Shown piece after piece: positions 10,134-20,412 of a DNA stretch of 55,575 nucleotides (the first letter of the stretch is position 1; every line of letters begins with the position of its first letter). Under the pieces are notes generated by a model. It was given only the letters and a program-made list of their open reading frames with translations, ran no database searches and was not told the DNA's origin. The stretch covers positions 1 to 55,575 of the forward strand of contig JAGLCY010000029.1 in assembly GCA_023270185.1 (NCBI GenBank), in the 5' to 3' direction. This stretch comes from Candidatus Krumholzibacteriia bacterium (GTDB lineage: Bacteria > Krumholzibacteriota > Krumholzibacteriia > LZORAL124-64-63). The translations under genes were made by a program, and so were the position numbers.

Positions 10134-10203
10134 GAAATCAACCAGGAACGGAGTCGCCGGTTCGGGACCGGTGACGCCGATTTACTCTTCATGACAGGAA
10201 ATC

Positions 10204-10941
10204 ATGTTCAAAAGCAATAAGATAGTCCAAAATAGGGTCCAATCCGGTCCATCTTCACGGACCGCCGTCGAACCCGCGGAACGGGACCGGGAATGGCGGT
10301 TGGGCCGGTTCGGTCCCGAAGGGTTGACCGACCGCGAACTTATTTCCTGCGTTCTGGGGCCTGGTGGCCGTATTCCCGCATCCGAAGCGGCCGGGAAATT
10401 ACTCGAATCCTATCGGGGCCTTGGGGAACTGGCGGCCGAACGTCCGGCATCCCTGGTCCATGGTTTCGGGTTGGGGACGGTTCGGATAACACGATTGTTG
10501 GCAGCTTTTGAACTGGGATTCCGGGCCGGTGGCCCTCCGCGGAGAGCCGGTTTTGCCGTTCGAAGCCCCTCGGATGTGCACCCGTTGCTGAAGGAAGAAT
10601 TTCGCGGTCTTGACAGGGAGCGCTTCCTTGCGCTTTATCTCGATACGAGGCATCGTCTCCTGGCGACCGAAACGGTCTCCATCGGGTCATTGAACGCTTC
10701 CCTGGTCCATCCACGGGAGGTCTTCAAACCCGCGGTCGCGATGTCTGCGGCCGCGGTCATCGTGGCGCACAATCACCCCTCGGGCGACCCCAGTCCCAGC
10801 GGTGACGACTTGGACTTGACGGCCCGGCTTGATCGTTGCGGAGATCTGTTGGGTATTGCACTATTGGATCACCTCGTGGTGGGTGACGAGGAAATCATCA
10901 GCATCAGGGAATATGGCTGGCCGGAATCGCCCCGTGAATGA
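10204..10941 (+). CDS. radC: RadC-family JAB-domain protein
   Basis: ELISCVLG...ELAAE is HhH-like. The JAMM motif HNHPSGDPSPSGDDLDLTARL is present. The classical position immediately upstream of mreB is kept. Confidence 0.9.
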   Translation: MFKSNKIVQNRVQSGPSSRTAVEPAERDREWRLGRFGPEGLTDRELISCVLGPGGRIPASEAAGKLLESYRGLGELAAERPASLVHGFGLGTVRITRLLAAFELGFRAGGPPRRAGFAVRSPSDVHPLLKEEFRGLDRERFLALYLDTRHRLLATETVSIGSLNASLVHPREVFKPAVAMSAAAVIVAHNHPSGDPSPSGDDLDLTARLDRCGDLLGIALLDHLVVGDEEIISIREYGWPESPRE

Positions 10942-10974
10942 TTCGGCGCGGTCCTTCCGGAAGGATTCGGAATA

Positions 10975-12009
10975 ATGCTCAAACGCATCCAGGGGATGTT
11001 CACCAACGACATTGCCATCGATCTCGGGACCGCCAACACGCTGGTTTACATCAAGGGCAAGGGCATTGTCCTGAACCAGCCTTCGGTCGTTTCGCTGGAC
11101 AAGGACACGGGCAAGGTCTACGCGGTCGGCGCGGAGGCCAAGGCGATGCTGGGGAAAACCCCTGACAGGATTTCCGCTATCCGGCCCATGAAGGACGGCG
11201 TGATCGCCGACTTCGAAGTAACCGAATTCATGCTGCGCGAGTTCATCAAACTCGCCCAGAAGAAGCGGCACTTCATCGCCCCGCGGATCGTTGTCTGTGT
11301 ACCTTCCGGTATTACCGAAGTTGAAAAGAGGGCTGTGCGCGACAGCGCGAAGCATGCCGGCGCCCGTGAAGTGTTCCTGGTGGCCGAACCCATGGCCGCG
11401 GCCATCGGTGTCGGACTGCCGGTGGACCAACCCAGTGGTAACATGATCATCGACGTGGGCGGGGGCACCACCGAGATCGCGGTCATCGCGCTGAACGGCA
11501 TTGTTTGCGACACGAGTATCCGGGTCGGCGGAGATGAGCTGGACGAAGCCATTGTCAGTTACATAAAGAAGAACCACAACCTGCTGATCGGCGATCAGAC
11601 CGCCGAGAACATCAAGAAGACCATCGGCTCGGCCCACAAATTCGACGAAGAGAGGGAAATGGAGGTCAAAGGGCTGTACCAGGTTTCGGGTGTGCCCAAG
11701 ACCCTCAAGATCTCTTCCATGGAGATCCGCGAAGCCTTGATGGAGCCCATCCAGGCCATTTGCGACGCCCTGAAACAGTCCCTGGAACAGACACCTCCCG
11801 AATTGGCCGCGGACATCAAGGATCGCGGCATCGTTCTCACCGGTGGCGGCGCGCTTCTGAAGGGCCTGCCCGAGCTTTTGCGTGAGCAGACGGACCTGCC
11901 CATCAACCTCATGGATGATCCCCTCTTCTGTGTGGTGTTGGGAACAGGCAAAATCCTGGACGATTTCGAACGCTACCGGCCGGTCATCATGCGGGGCGGC
12001 CGTACCTAG
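10975..12009 (+). CDS. mreB: Rod-shape-determining actin homologue MreB
   Basis: DIAIDLGTANTLVY, VCVPSGITEVEKRAV, IIDVGGGTTEIAV and GIVLTGGGALLKGL are all present. Confidence 0.97.
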   Translation: MLKRIQGMFTNDIAIDLGTANTLVYIKGKGIVLNQPSVVSLDKDTGKVYAVGAEAKAMLGKTPDRISAIRPMKDGVIADFEVTEFMLREFIKLAQKKRHFIAPRIVVCVPSGITEVEKRAVRDSAKHAGAREVFLVAEPMAAAIGVGLPVDQPSGNMIIDVGGGTTEIAVIALNGIVCDTSIRVGGDELDEAIVSYIKKNHNLLIGDQTAENIKKTIGSAHKFDEEREMEVKGLYQVSGVPKTLKISSMEIREALMEPIQAICDALKQSLEQTPPELAADIKDRGIVLTGGGALLKGLPELLREQTDLPINLMDDPLFCVVLGTGKILDDFERYRPVIMRGGRT

Positions 12010-12039
12010 CTGGCTGCCAGGAAGAGTGGGCCCGAATCT

Positions 12040-12894
12040 ATGATGGGCAAATCCTTCAGCTTTCCCCTGCGGGGCGAGTACCTGATCTTGGTGGTCTGTA
12101 TGGCCATTTCCGTCACTTTGCTGTTTCTTCCGTCAAACAGGCAGGTCATCGTGGCCGACCGCCTCGGTCTTGTGCTGACGTCTCCCTATTTGCGGGCGCG
12201 GGATTTCGGGCAGGACGTGTCGACCGTCAGGGAGGACAATGCCTGGCTCAGGAAGCGGGTGGCCGAACTGGAACTTCTGGCCGCCAGCGGTGAGCGTATG
12301 CAGCGTGACGCGGGCCGCATGGCCGGTCCCGCCCTGGATCCCGGATACGACGGTGATCTGGTTCCCTGCCGTGTGGTCATGCGGCAGCGCGCCCGGTTTG
12401 CCACCATGGTCAAGGTTCGCAGCCTGATTCCCGTAAACTGGCAGCCCTGGCAGCCCGTAATATCCAGTGGGGGTTACCTGGGCCGGCTGAGCTCGGTGAT
12501 CAACGACCATGAGGCCTGGGTGGAACTTTTGACCGCCCCCGACTTCGCGCTGGGGGTCGAGATCGAAAGGACCGGACTACTGGGCGTGCTGCGCCCCAGG
12601 GGTGATCGGTTCATTGTTGAGATGGTCGGTCGGGACGAGGATGTTCAGCCCGGGGATACGGTCATCACCTCGGGCATCGCGGAGATCCGTGAGGGAACCG
12701 CCGACCTGGGAGGCGGATCCCTGACTCAGCGGGGCTTCCCGGTCGGCACCATCGTGGAAATATCTTCGCCTTTTGATCAGATCTTCAAGCGAATCGTGGT
12801 TGATCCATCCGCTTCCTTCGATTTCAACGAAACGGTATTTGTCGTCACACCGTTGGCTCCGGCCCCCGGAATTAATTCGGGAGGGTCACAATGA
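12040..12894 (+). CDS. mreC: Rod-shape-determining protein MreC
   Basis: The position after mreB, an N-terminal TM, a coiled coil (ENAWLRKRVAELELL) and C-terminal beta domains (GDTVITSGIAE..., FPVGTIVEI) support the call. Confidence 0.85.
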   Translation: MMGKSFSFPLRGEYLILVVCMAISVTLLFLPSNRQVIVADRLGLVLTSPYLRARDFGQDVSTVREDNAWLRKRVAELELLAASGERMQRDAGRMAGPALDPGYDGDLVPCRVVMRQRARFATMVKVRSLIPVNWQPWQPVISSGGYLGRLSSVINDHEAWVELLTAPDFALGVEIERTGLLGVLRPRGDRFIVEMVGRDEDVQPGDTVITSGIAEIREGTADLGGGSLTQRGFPVGTIVEISSPFDQIFKRIVVDPSASFDFNETVFVVTPLAPAPGINSGGSQ

Positions 12895-13382
12895 GACAGT
12901 ATCTGCGTCTTGTCCTGCTCTGTCTGGTGGTGGCCTTCGTGGGCGGCACCATGATAGGACCTCTGATCGCGATCAAAGGCGTGGCGCCCGATTTCACCAT
13001 CATCGCCCTTGTCATTCTGGCCCTGGCCGCCGGCCCGGGTCCCGGTAGTGTCGGTGGGTTCCTGCTGGGTCTGGTCCAGGACCTTTCCAATCCGACCCTG
13101 CTTGGGTTGCAGGCTCTGTGCAAAACGGGACTGGGTTTCGGGCTCGGCAGGCTGCGGGGTCGGCTGGTCCATGGAATGCCGCTGGTGGAGGCCACGGTGG
13201 TCGCCATTACGGTCGTGACCCATGACCTGTTTTTCCTGATGGTCCAGAGCAGTCTCACCACCGAGAGCAATTTCCTGTCCCTGTTCACCAGGACCCTGCC
13301 CATAGCCGTGTATTCGGGACTGGCGGGGGTTCCACTGCTGCGGTTGGCCGAGTTTCTGGGCATCCTGAGGCAGGAGGACTGA
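12891..13382 (+). CDS. mreD: Rod-shape-determining protein MreD
   Basis: A 163-aa polytopic membrane protein. Its start overlaps the mreC stop (ATGA), and it sits in the canonical position. Confidence 0.8.
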   Translation: MRQYLRLVLLCLVVAFVGGTMIGPLIAIKGVAPDFTIIALVILALAAGPGPGSVGGFLLGLVQDLSNPTLLGLQALCKTGLGFGLGRLRGRLVHGMPLVEATVVAITVVTHDLFFLMVQSSLTTESNFLSLFTRTLPIAVYSGLAGVPLLRLAEFLGILRQED

Positions 13383-13383
13383 C

Positions 13384-15180
13384 TTGCCCGAACGGGAACA
13401 CATCCTGCGCCAGGGTATTTTCCGGTCCGTGGTGATCATCCTGTTCCTGATTCTCGTTGGTAATATCTTCGTGATGATGGTTCCCAAACACCAATTCTAC
13501 AAGGACCAGGCCCTGAAAAACCGGCAGGTCAGGTTTCGGCACCGGGCGCCGCGCGGACTCATCCTGGACCGCGACGGGGTCATTCTGGCGGACAACACCT
13601 ACATCGCGGATATTACCCTGCCCTTTCATTCATTGACCGCCGATGGACCGGATTCCACCCTTGTCCGGCTCATCAACTGGTTCGATCTGCCTCGGGAAGC
13701 CACTCTGGAAAGGCTTCGGGAACAGAAGACTGCGGGGGGCCGGGGAGTTCTTGTTCTCATCTCGAACGCTACGATGCCGCAGATATCGGCCATCGAGGAA
13801 AGGGGGCGGCAACTGCCCGGGGCGCGGGTGGATTCCCGGCCGCGGAGGCGCTATTTGTACGGGGAATTGTTCGCCCATGTCATCGGTTACGTGGGTGAGG
13901 TTGTGCGTGCTGATCTGGATACGACGGGCGGGCACACCGGTTATAAATTAGGTGACATGATCGGAAAACAGGGCGTTGAAACGGCCTTGGAAGACCTCTT
14001 GCGCGGAGGTAGCGGAATCAAGCTGGAGGAAGTCAACGCTTCCGGACGCGTGGTCGGCAGGGAGGCCATCTGGCTGGAGGAAGTGACTGCGGGGCAGGAC
14101 GTGACCCTGTCCCTTTCCTTGTCCCACCAGTATCAGATGGCCCAGGCCATCGGCGAGAGGACGGCTTGCGGAGTAGCCTTGGACACCCGAACCGGGGAAG
14201 TGTTGGCCGCCTACAGCCATCCTGTCTTCGATCCGAATCTCATGACCGTTCCGATCACCGCCGAACAATGGAATGTCCTGTCCAATGATCCCGACAAACC
14301 ATTTTTCAACCGCATCGCGCAGGCTACGTATCCGCCCGCTTCCCTTTACAAACCGGTCACCTCGTTGGCCGGACTTCGCAACGGTGTTATCGGAATTTCC
14401 ACAGTGCTCGAACCTTGTCTGGGTGGGTGGCAGTTCGGGAACCGTTATTTTCGATGCTGGAAGCGGAGTGGACACGGGCTGGTGGACCACACCGAGGCCA
14501 TCGTGCAGTCGTGCGACACCTATTTTTATCAACTGGGACTCCGTCTGGATATCGATCAGTTGGCCGAAGCCGCCCGCTCATTGGGCCTTGGCAGGGTCTG
14601 CACCGATATTTTCGTGGATGAAGCGGCCGGCAACGTTCCGGACACCGCCTGGTATGACAAGAGGTTCGGCAAGGGAAAATGGACCCGCGGTGTTTTGCTC
14701 AACAACTCCATCGGACAGGGTGAGCTCCTGGTCACACCTATCCAGATGGCCATGCTCGTTGGTCGGCTCGCCACTTCCGGTCGGATGCCGGACCCGGTGT
14801 TTGTGACCGACCCTCCTCGCCTCCGCAAATCACCGGATCCACTGCCGTTCAGTGAGCGTGATTTGGCCTGGGTCCGGCGCGCGTTGGAACTGGTTGTGTC
14901 CGAGGGTACGGGTAAGGCGGCTGGGCTGGATAGTGTCTCGGTGGCCGGAAAGACCGGTACGGCCCAGAACCCGCACGGCGAGGATCACGCCTGGTTCATG
15001 TGTTTCGCTCCCGCCGATGATCCTCAGGTGGCCCTGGCCATCATCGTGGAAAACGCGGGCCACGGCAGCAGCGAAGCCGCCCCGGTGGCCGAAAAATGGC
15101 TGCAGGCCTATTTCGCGGCTGAGGATTCTCTTCCCGGCCTTCCTTCCCCGGTGTTGGTCAACGGCAGGATGGGACGATGA
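13384..15180 (+). CDS. mrdA: Penicillin-binding protein 2 (elongasome transpeptidase)
   Basis: The transpeptidase motifs are SLYKP (SxxK), SCD... (SxN region) and KTGTAQ (KTG). It has an N-terminal TM and lies between mreD and rodA. A TTG start is assumed. Confidence 0.9.
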   Translation: MPEREHILRQGIFRSVVIILFLILVGNIFVMMVPKHQFYKDQALKNRQVRFRHRAPRGLILDRDGVILADNTYIADITLPFHSLTADGPDSTLVRLINWFDLPREATLERLREQKTAGGRGVLVLISNATMPQISAIEERGRQLPGARVDSRPRRRYLYGELFAHVIGYVGEVVRADLDTTGGHTGYKLGDMIGKQGVETALEDLLRGGSGIKLEEVNASGRVVGREAIWLEEVTAGQDVTLSLSLSHQYQMAQAIGERTACGVALDTRTGEVLAAYSHPVFDPNLMTVPITAEQWNVLSNDPDKPFFNRIAQATYPPASLYKPVTSLAGLRNGVIGISTVLEPCLGGWQFGNRYFRCWKRSGHGLVDHTEAIVQSCDTYFYQLGLRLDIDQLAEAARSLGLGRVCTDIFVDEAAGNVPDTAWYDKRFGKGKWTRGVLLNNSIGQGELLVTPIQMAMLVGRLATSGRMPDPVFVTDPPRLRKSPDPLPFSERDLAWVRRALELVVSEGTGKAAGLDSVSVAGKTGTAQNPHGEDHAWFMCFAPADDPQVALAIIVENAGHGSSEAAPVAEKWLQAYFAAEDSLPGLPSPVLVNGRMGR

Positions 15181-16448
15181 GGTTTATCTGGTTCCTTTTT
15201 CCGCCGGGCGATCGCTGGATTCTTCTCTCATGGGTCCTTCTTTGCCTGATCAGCCTGGCCGTCCTGTGGTCTGTGACCGAGCCTATCCAGGGGCCCTATG
15301 ACGAACTGGACCCGGTCGTGGCCAAGGGGGTTTTCTACAGACAGGCCTTCTGGATGATGATCAGCTTCGGAGCCCTGCTCCTGGCCTCCCGGGTGCCTCT
15401 GCGTTACCTGGATAATGTGGCCATGCCCCTGTTCCTGTTCTCTTTGCTCCTGTTGGTTCTCATCCTGCTGATCGGTCCCCGCATTGGCGGGGCCAGGCGT
15501 TGGCTGGTGATCGGGCCGATCCACCTGCAGCCATCGGAACTTGCCAAGGTCACCTTCATCCTGGTTACGGCCAATATTCTGGGCCGGTCCGTGGAGGAAG
15601 GTAGGGGAATGATGGCGGCCATGGGCTCTTTCCTGGTCATGGCTGTGCCCATGGTCCTGGTGCTGCGGGAGCCTGATCTTGGCACGAGCCTCGTGTTTCT
15701 GGCCGTATGGGTAGGCATGGTCTTCTGGTACGGATTCCCCGGCATTTTGCTGTTGGGTGCCGGCAGCGCGGTTTTCAGCGCGGTGATCATGTTCTATTCC
15801 GAGTCCGTGGCCGAGGAAGCCTTGCCCTGGGGGCTCTATATCCTGCTGATCCTGGTTGTGCTGTATTTCATACGTCTGAGCATCCTTTCGAAGGTTGTGC
15901 TGCTGGCCATCAATGTGGGTTTCGGGATCGGCATCCCCTTTTTCTGGGAAAAACTCAAGGGTTACCAACAGGAGAGGATCCTGACCTTCTTTGATCCGAG
16001 CCGGGATGCCTTCGGCAGTGGCTACCAGGCGATCCAGTCCAAGGTGGCGATCGGGTCCGGTGGACTCTTTGGTACGCATTACCTGAAGGGAACTCAGAAG
16101 GGACTGGCGTTTTTACCTGAACGGCACACGGATTTCATCTTTTCGGTGGTGGGGGAGGAACTGGGGTTTTTCGGCGCCACTGCCTTGCTGGGGTTGTTCC
16201 TGGTCATTCTCTTGCGCGGTATCGACCATGCGGCCACTGCGCGCCGACCCTTTGGTCGTTTTGTTGCGGTTGGGGTGGTTACTTATTTCACTTTTCACGT
16301 GGTTGTCAACGTGGCCATCACCACCGGCCTTTTGCCGGTGACGGGTTTGCCGTTGCCCCTGATCAGTTACGGCGGTTCGAACCTGTTGGTCAGTTCGCTG
16401 CTGTTGGGTTTGCTGCTGAACGTCAGTTCGCGTACTTTCGAAAATTGA
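15177..16448 (+). CDS. rodA: SEDS-family peptidoglycan glycosyltransferase RodA
   Basis: A polytopic FtsW/RodA/SpoVE pattern is present: QPSELAKV, FLPERHTDFIFSVVGEELGF and LPLISYGGS. It overlaps the mrdA stop. Confidence 0.9.
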   Translation: MRFIWFLFPPGDRWILLSWVLLCLISLAVLWSVTEPIQGPYDELDPVVAKGVFYRQAFWMMISFGALLLASRVPLRYLDNVAMPLFLFSLLLLVLILLIGPRIGGARRWLVIGPIHLQPSELAKVTFILVTANILGRSVEEGRGMMAAMGSFLVMAVPMVLVLREPDLGTSLVFLAVWVGMVFWYGFPGILLLGAGSAVFSAVIMFYSESVAEEALPWGLYILLILVVLYFIRLSILSKVVLLAINVGFGIGIPFFWEKLKGYQQERILTFFDPSRDAFGSGYQAIQSKVAIGSGGLFGTHYLKGTQKGLAFLPERHTDFIFSVVGEELGFFGATALLGLFLVILLRGIDHAATARRPFGRFVAVGVVTYFTFHVVVNVAITTGLLPVTGLPLPLISYGGSNLLVSSLLLGLLLNVSSRTFEN

Positions 16449-16502
16449 CCCGATGGTGTGTTGCCGTTGGATTCTCCGGTAGGGTCCGGGAAGGAAATCT
16501 TC

Positions 16503-17276
16503 ATGTATCCTGAAATATTCGGCGTGATCAAATCCTACGGGCTGATGATGGCCATCAGTTTCGCGCTGGGGTTCTGGTTGAGCGTGGTGCGGGGCAGAAA
16601 ATATGATCTGTCCTCGGAGGTCATCCTCGACCTGGTGTTCGGAGTGTTCGTTTCGAGCCTCATCGGCGTCCGGTTGATGTTCGTGCTGACCCACCTGGGG
16701 GATTTTAACCCTTGGTACCGCGTCTTTTTTATCTGGGATGGGGGCCTCACCCTCTACGGTGGCATTGGGCTGGCCACGCTGACTGTGTGGTTCATGACCC
16801 GTCGGCGGAACATCCCTTTCCTGGTCATGGCGGATATCTTTTCCCCGGGAGTCATTCTCGGCATCGGGATCACGCGCATCGGTTGTTTTCTGGCGGGTTG
16901 TTGCTTCGGAAGCCCCACCGATTGCGCCTGCGGGATCACTTTTCCCGCGGACGCGCCCGCTTCCTTGCAATACGGACACGTTGCCGTCCTGCCTTCCCAG
17001 CTTTTCGCGTCCGCCGGTGGTTTCATTATTTTCGCCCTTCTCCTGCTGCTCGAACGGGTTTCAAACTATCGCGGCGCCACTTTCGGCCGGTTCCTTCTTC
17101 TGTATGGTATTTCCAGGTTCGCCGTCGATTTTTCCCGATATTATGAACCCGAGCAGATCATGATGCTGGGTTGGAACAACAACCAGTGGATAAGTGTGGG
17201 CATGATGCTGGGAGGATTGGCGATCATGGTGATTTTTGCCAGGCGGGCGCGGAACCGGGAGAGCGGCCGTGCTTGA
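16503..17276 (+). CDS. lgt: Prolipoprotein diacylglyceryl transferase
   Basis: ATG at 16503 gives MYPEIFGVIKSYGLMMAISF.... The motifs WDGGLTLYGG, GRIGCFLAGCCFG and RF.VDF.R are Lgt-like. Confidence 0.88.
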   Translation: MYPEIFGVIKSYGLMMAISFALGFWLSVVRGRKYDLSSEVILDLVFGVFVSSLIGVRLMFVLTHLGDFNPWYRVFFIWDGGLTLYGGIGLATLTVWFMTRRRNIPFLVMADIFSPGVILGIGITRIGCFLAGCCFGSPTDCACGITFPADAPASLQYGHVAVLPSQLFASAGGFIIFALLLLLERVSNYRGATFGRFLLLYGISRFAVDFSRYYEPEQIMMLGWNNNQWISVGMMLGGLAIMVIFARRARNRESGRA

Positions 17277-18150
17277 CGTTCTGGAACTCGGTGCGGAAGG
17301 CTGGTTGCGCAATGGTGAGTCTTGGCAACCCCTCCGTCGTTTTTATGGAGTTCTGGGTGACCCGGTTGGCCATTCCCTGTCTCCGACCATGCACAACGCC
17401 GCGCTAAGGGAACGGGAAATCGACGCCGAGTACCTTGCCATCCGCATGGAACCGGGAAAGTTGCGTCAGCTGAAAGAGGGAGAGGCATCCCGGATGTTGG
17501 CCGGCTTCAACGTCACCGCTCCGCTCAAGGAGGCTGTCGCTGCTCTGTGCGACGGTCGCACTGACCAGGCTCGGGACACCGGTGTGGTCAACACCGTTCG
17601 CGTCGAGGAAGGGAAGTGGCTGGGACACAATACCGACAGCGGGGGGATCCGCACAGTGCTGGCCGAGGCCTGGTCGGGCGATGGGCCGCCCGCGAAAGCA
17701 ATCGTACTGGGGGCCGGAGGGTCGGCCCGGGCCGCGGTAGAGGCCATGGTGCAATGGGGAATACCCCACGTGGAAATCCGCAATCGTTCGGCATCCGGTC
17801 GCCAGAGGATCGGTCAATGGCTGACTGCTCGAGGATTGGCCGATTCGGTCAGGGTCGGTCCATTGAACGACATCGGGGATGCCGTCCCCGACTCGGCCAC
17901 CATCTGGATCTGTTGCCTGGCCGCCGGGGTGGATGTCATGTCTTTCCTGCCCGTTGCCGCGGGTCAGGATGCTGCCCTTTTGTTGGATCTTCGTTACGGT
18001 GATCAGCTTCCATCCGGCAGCCCACCGCTCGGATTCACCTGTCTCGACGGTCTACCCGTTCTTTTGATGCAAGGCGGTCTGGCCTTTGCCTGGTGGTTCG
18101 GGCCGCCGGTGCCCTGGGCGGTAATGCGTGACGCCCTGTCGACGGGCTGA
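17269..18150 (+). CDS. aroE: Shikimate dehydrogenase (start codon uncertain: GTG 17269, TTG 17305 or upstream ATG 17236)
   Basis: FYGVLGDPVGHSLSPTMHNAAL is the AroE N-terminal signature. NVTAPLKE, NTD..G and VLGAGGSARA (NADP site) are also present. Confidence 0.85.
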   Translation: MLDVLELGAEGWLRNGESWQPLRRFYGVLGDPVGHSLSPTMHNAALREREIDAEYLAIRMEPGKLRQLKEGEASRMLAGFNVTAPLKEAVAALCDGRTDQARDTGVVNTVRVEEGKWLGHNTDSGGIRTVLAEAWSGDGPPAKAIVLGAGGSARAAVEAMVQWGIPHVEIRNRSASGRQRIGQWLTARGLADSVRVGPLNDIGDAVPDSATIWICCLAAGVDVMSFLPVAAGQDAALLLDLRYGDQLPSGSPPLGFTCLDGLPVLLMQGGLAFAWWFGPPVPWAVMRDALSTG

Positions 18151-18204
18151 TCCTCCCTGGTTCCTGTGGACCCTCCCTTGTCCTTCTCCCTTCTGGTGGT
18201 AAAC

Positions 18205-18996
18205 ATGAAGCGGTCTGTGTGGATCGTCGAATCCCTTCTCGAACTGGTCTACCCGGAAAGATGTTCCCTTTGCGGAGTGGAACATGTGGAAGATTCCTGG
18301 GTCCCGCGTGGTGATCGGATAACGGGGCTGCGATTCTGGGATGGGACCCATCTATGTCGGAGTTGTTTTTCAGGTCTCGCCTCCGGCTGTGTCACGGGCA
18401 TGGCGGGAGCAGGAAATGGGTGTGGCCTTCCAGTGGCCGCTGCCTCGTCCACGAATCCTGATCTCGTAAAACTCGTGGGCCAGTTCAAGTACCATGGGGT
18501 TCGGGGGTTGGCCTGGCCCCTGGCGCGTATGCTGCGGAAACCCCTGGCCACCGCCCGTCACCGGTGGGGTCAGGTGGATGCTCTGGTCCCTGTGTCACTG
18601 CATTGTCGCCGCCGCCGTGTTCGCGGCTTCAACCAGGCCGAGATCCTTGCGCGACTCCTGGCAGAGGATTCGGAAACTCCAGTGATGACCGATGTATTGG
18701 TCAGGCATCGTAATACTGGCCAGCAGGCAAAAATCATATCATCAACGGAGCGCGGAAGGAATATGGCCGGCTCGTTCAAGGCCCGGCCACCCGTCACGTC
18801 AGGGGAAGGTCGCCCGGAGGGTGAAACCAGGATCGGACTGGTTGACGACCTGGTCACCAGCGGTTGGACGGTAATTGGGGCAGCTAACCGGTTGAGGGCC
18901 GCCGGCTGGGATGTCAGGTGGGTTTTGGCCCTGGGATTGGCGGCTGAAGCAAAAAACTCAGGTCGTCGTATTGACACTTGGGAGGACGGTTTCTAG
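18205..18996 (+). CDS. comF: ComF-family protein (phosphoribosyltransferase-like; alternative start GTG 18166)
   Basis: An N-terminal Cys pair (ERCSLCG...LCRSC), then a PRTase loop (IGLVDDLVTSGWT). Confidence 0.8.
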   Translation: MKRSVWIVESLLELVYPERCSLCGVEHVEDSWVPRGDRITGLRFWDGTHLCRSCFSGLASGCVTGMAGAGNGCGLPVAAASSTNPDLVKLVGQFKYHGVRGLAWPLARMLRKPLATARHRWGQVDALVPVSLHCRRRRVRGFNQAEILARLLAEDSETPVMTDVLVRHRNTGQQAKIISSTERGRNMAGSFKARPPVTSGEGRPEGETRIGLVDDLVTSGWTVIGAANRLRAAGWDVRWVLALGLAAEAKNSGRRIDTWEDGF

Positions 18997-18999
18997 TAT
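18971..18999 (+). promoter_or_regulatory. Candidate sigma70 promoter for pgk
   Basis: TTGACA (18971-18976), 17-nt spacer, TAGTAT (18994-18999), 65 nt upstream of the pgk ATG. It lies across the comF stop codon. Confidence 0.5.
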
Positions 19000-19063
19000 A
19001 GCCAATGCCAAGACTCCGGGATGTTCCGATCCGGCCCCGTGGGGCCAAAACAGGTGGAATGAA

Positions 19064-20263
19064 ATGCATAATAAATTGAATCTAGCCGATTTTGAACCCG
19101 CCGGTCTCAAGGTGCTGATGCGGGTTGATTTCAACGTTCCCCTGGACAACAACCGGGACATCACGGACGACACGAGGATTCGGGCCGCGTTGCCTTCGGT
19201 CCGGTATATCATTGACGGTGGTGGCAGCGTCATCCTCATGAGTCATTTGGGTCGTCCCAAGGGGAAGATTGATCCTTCCCTTTCCCTGCGCCCGGTGGCG
19301 GACCGCTTGGCCCAGCTCGTCGACGCACCGGTGAAATTCGCCCTCGATACTGTCGGACCCGATGCGGTGAAGCAGGCTCGCGAGTTGGCGCCGGGAGAAA
19401 TTCTCCTGTTGGAAAATCTTCGTTTCAATCCTGGTGAAACAGGCAACGACCCGGGATTTTCCGCCGGTTTGGCCGAGCTCGGCGACACCTATGTCAACGA
19501 TGCGTTCGGCACCGCGCACCGCGCCCATTCCTCCACCGTCGGCATCACCCGGAAATTCGAAGCCTGCCGGGCGGGTTTTTTGATGGAAAAGGAATTGGAA
19601 TTTCTCGGTTCACTTGTCATCGATCCGGCGCGTCCTTATGTGGCTGTTCTGGGTGGGGCCAAGGTGGCCGGAAAGGTGGATGTCATTCTCAACCTTTTGG
19701 ACAAGGTGGACACATTGCTGATCGGGGGGGGGATGATCTTTACCTTCCTGAAGGTCCACGGTCTTAATATCGGGAACAGTTTGTTGGACGAAGGCAGCCT
19801 TGAGGTGGCTCGGGAAATCCTGGATAAATCCCGGACCAGTTCAACACGCCTGGTGTTGCCCGAAGACTGTGTGGTGGCGAGTGCCTTCGACGACAAGGCC
19901 GAGAAAAAGGATTGCCTCGTGACGGACATTCCCGCGGAGTGGATGGGCCTTGATATCGGCCCCAAGACGGTGGCCATGTACCGGGAAATCCTTGTCCCGG
20001 CGCGTTCGATATTCTGGAATGGCCCGATGGGGGTTTTCGAATTGCCGTCCTTCGCCCACGGCACCCGAGCGGTGGCCGAGGCCATCGCCGAAGCCACTGA
20101 TGCCGGGGGACGCAGCATCGTCGGAGGAGGGGACAGCGTGGCGGCCCTCAATCAAATGGACCTTTCCGGACGGATCAGTCACGTCTCGACCGGTGGGGGC
20201 GCTTCCCTGGAATTCATGGCTGGGCGCGAGTTGCCCGGGATCACCGCTTTGACGGACGCCTGA
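19064..20263 (+). CDS. pgk: Phosphoglycerate kinase
   Basis: ATG at 19064 gives MHNKLNLADFEPAGLKVLMRVDFNVPLD.... SHLGRPKG, DAFGTAHRAHSS and GGGDS follow. The product is 399 aa. Confidence 0.97.
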   Translation: MHNKLNLADFEPAGLKVLMRVDFNVPLDNNRDITDDTRIRAALPSVRYIIDGGGSVILMSHLGRPKGKIDPSLSLRPVADRLAQLVDAPVKFALDTVGPDAVKQARELAPGEILLLENLRFNPGETGNDPGFSAGLAELGDTYVNDAFGTAHRAHSSTVGITRKFEACRAGFLMEKELEFLGSLVIDPARPYVAVLGGAKVAGKVDVILNLLDKVDTLLIGGGMIFTFLKVHGLNIGNSLLDEGSLEVAREILDKSRTSSTRLVLPEDCVVASAFDDKAEKKDCLVTDIPAEWMGLDIGPKTVAMYREILVPARSIFWNGPMGVFELPSFAHGTRAVAEAIAEATDAGGRSIVGGGDSVAALNQMDLSGRISHVSTGGGASLEFMAGRELPGITALTDA

Positions 20264-20311
20264 TGTTAACCGGGGAATTGCAATAACTTCCCGGGTTTTG
20301 GGCCAGTCGGT

Positions 20312-20340
20312 TTGACAACCTGAAAGGCGGGTGTTAATTT
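20312..20340 (+). promoter_or_regulatory. Candidate sigma70 promoter for secG/tRNA-Leu
   Basis: TTGACA (20312-20317), 17-nt spacer, TAATTT (20335-20340). A perfect 9-bp hairpin CGGTCCGGC-CTGC-GCCGGACCG follows in the leader. Confidence 0.5.
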
Positions 20341-20412
20341 TCCCGTCCCTTGCCGGTCCGGCCTGCGCCGGACCGTCGGCACTTGTGTGACCTACGACAG
20401 CCCCGGGAGCGA

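Noticed and set aside
10134-10203. A lysine riboswitch (L-box) in front of lysC.
   Set aside because: The divergent lysC/radC spacer is only 70 nt, far too short for an L-box (~180 nt). No conserved L-box helices were recognised.
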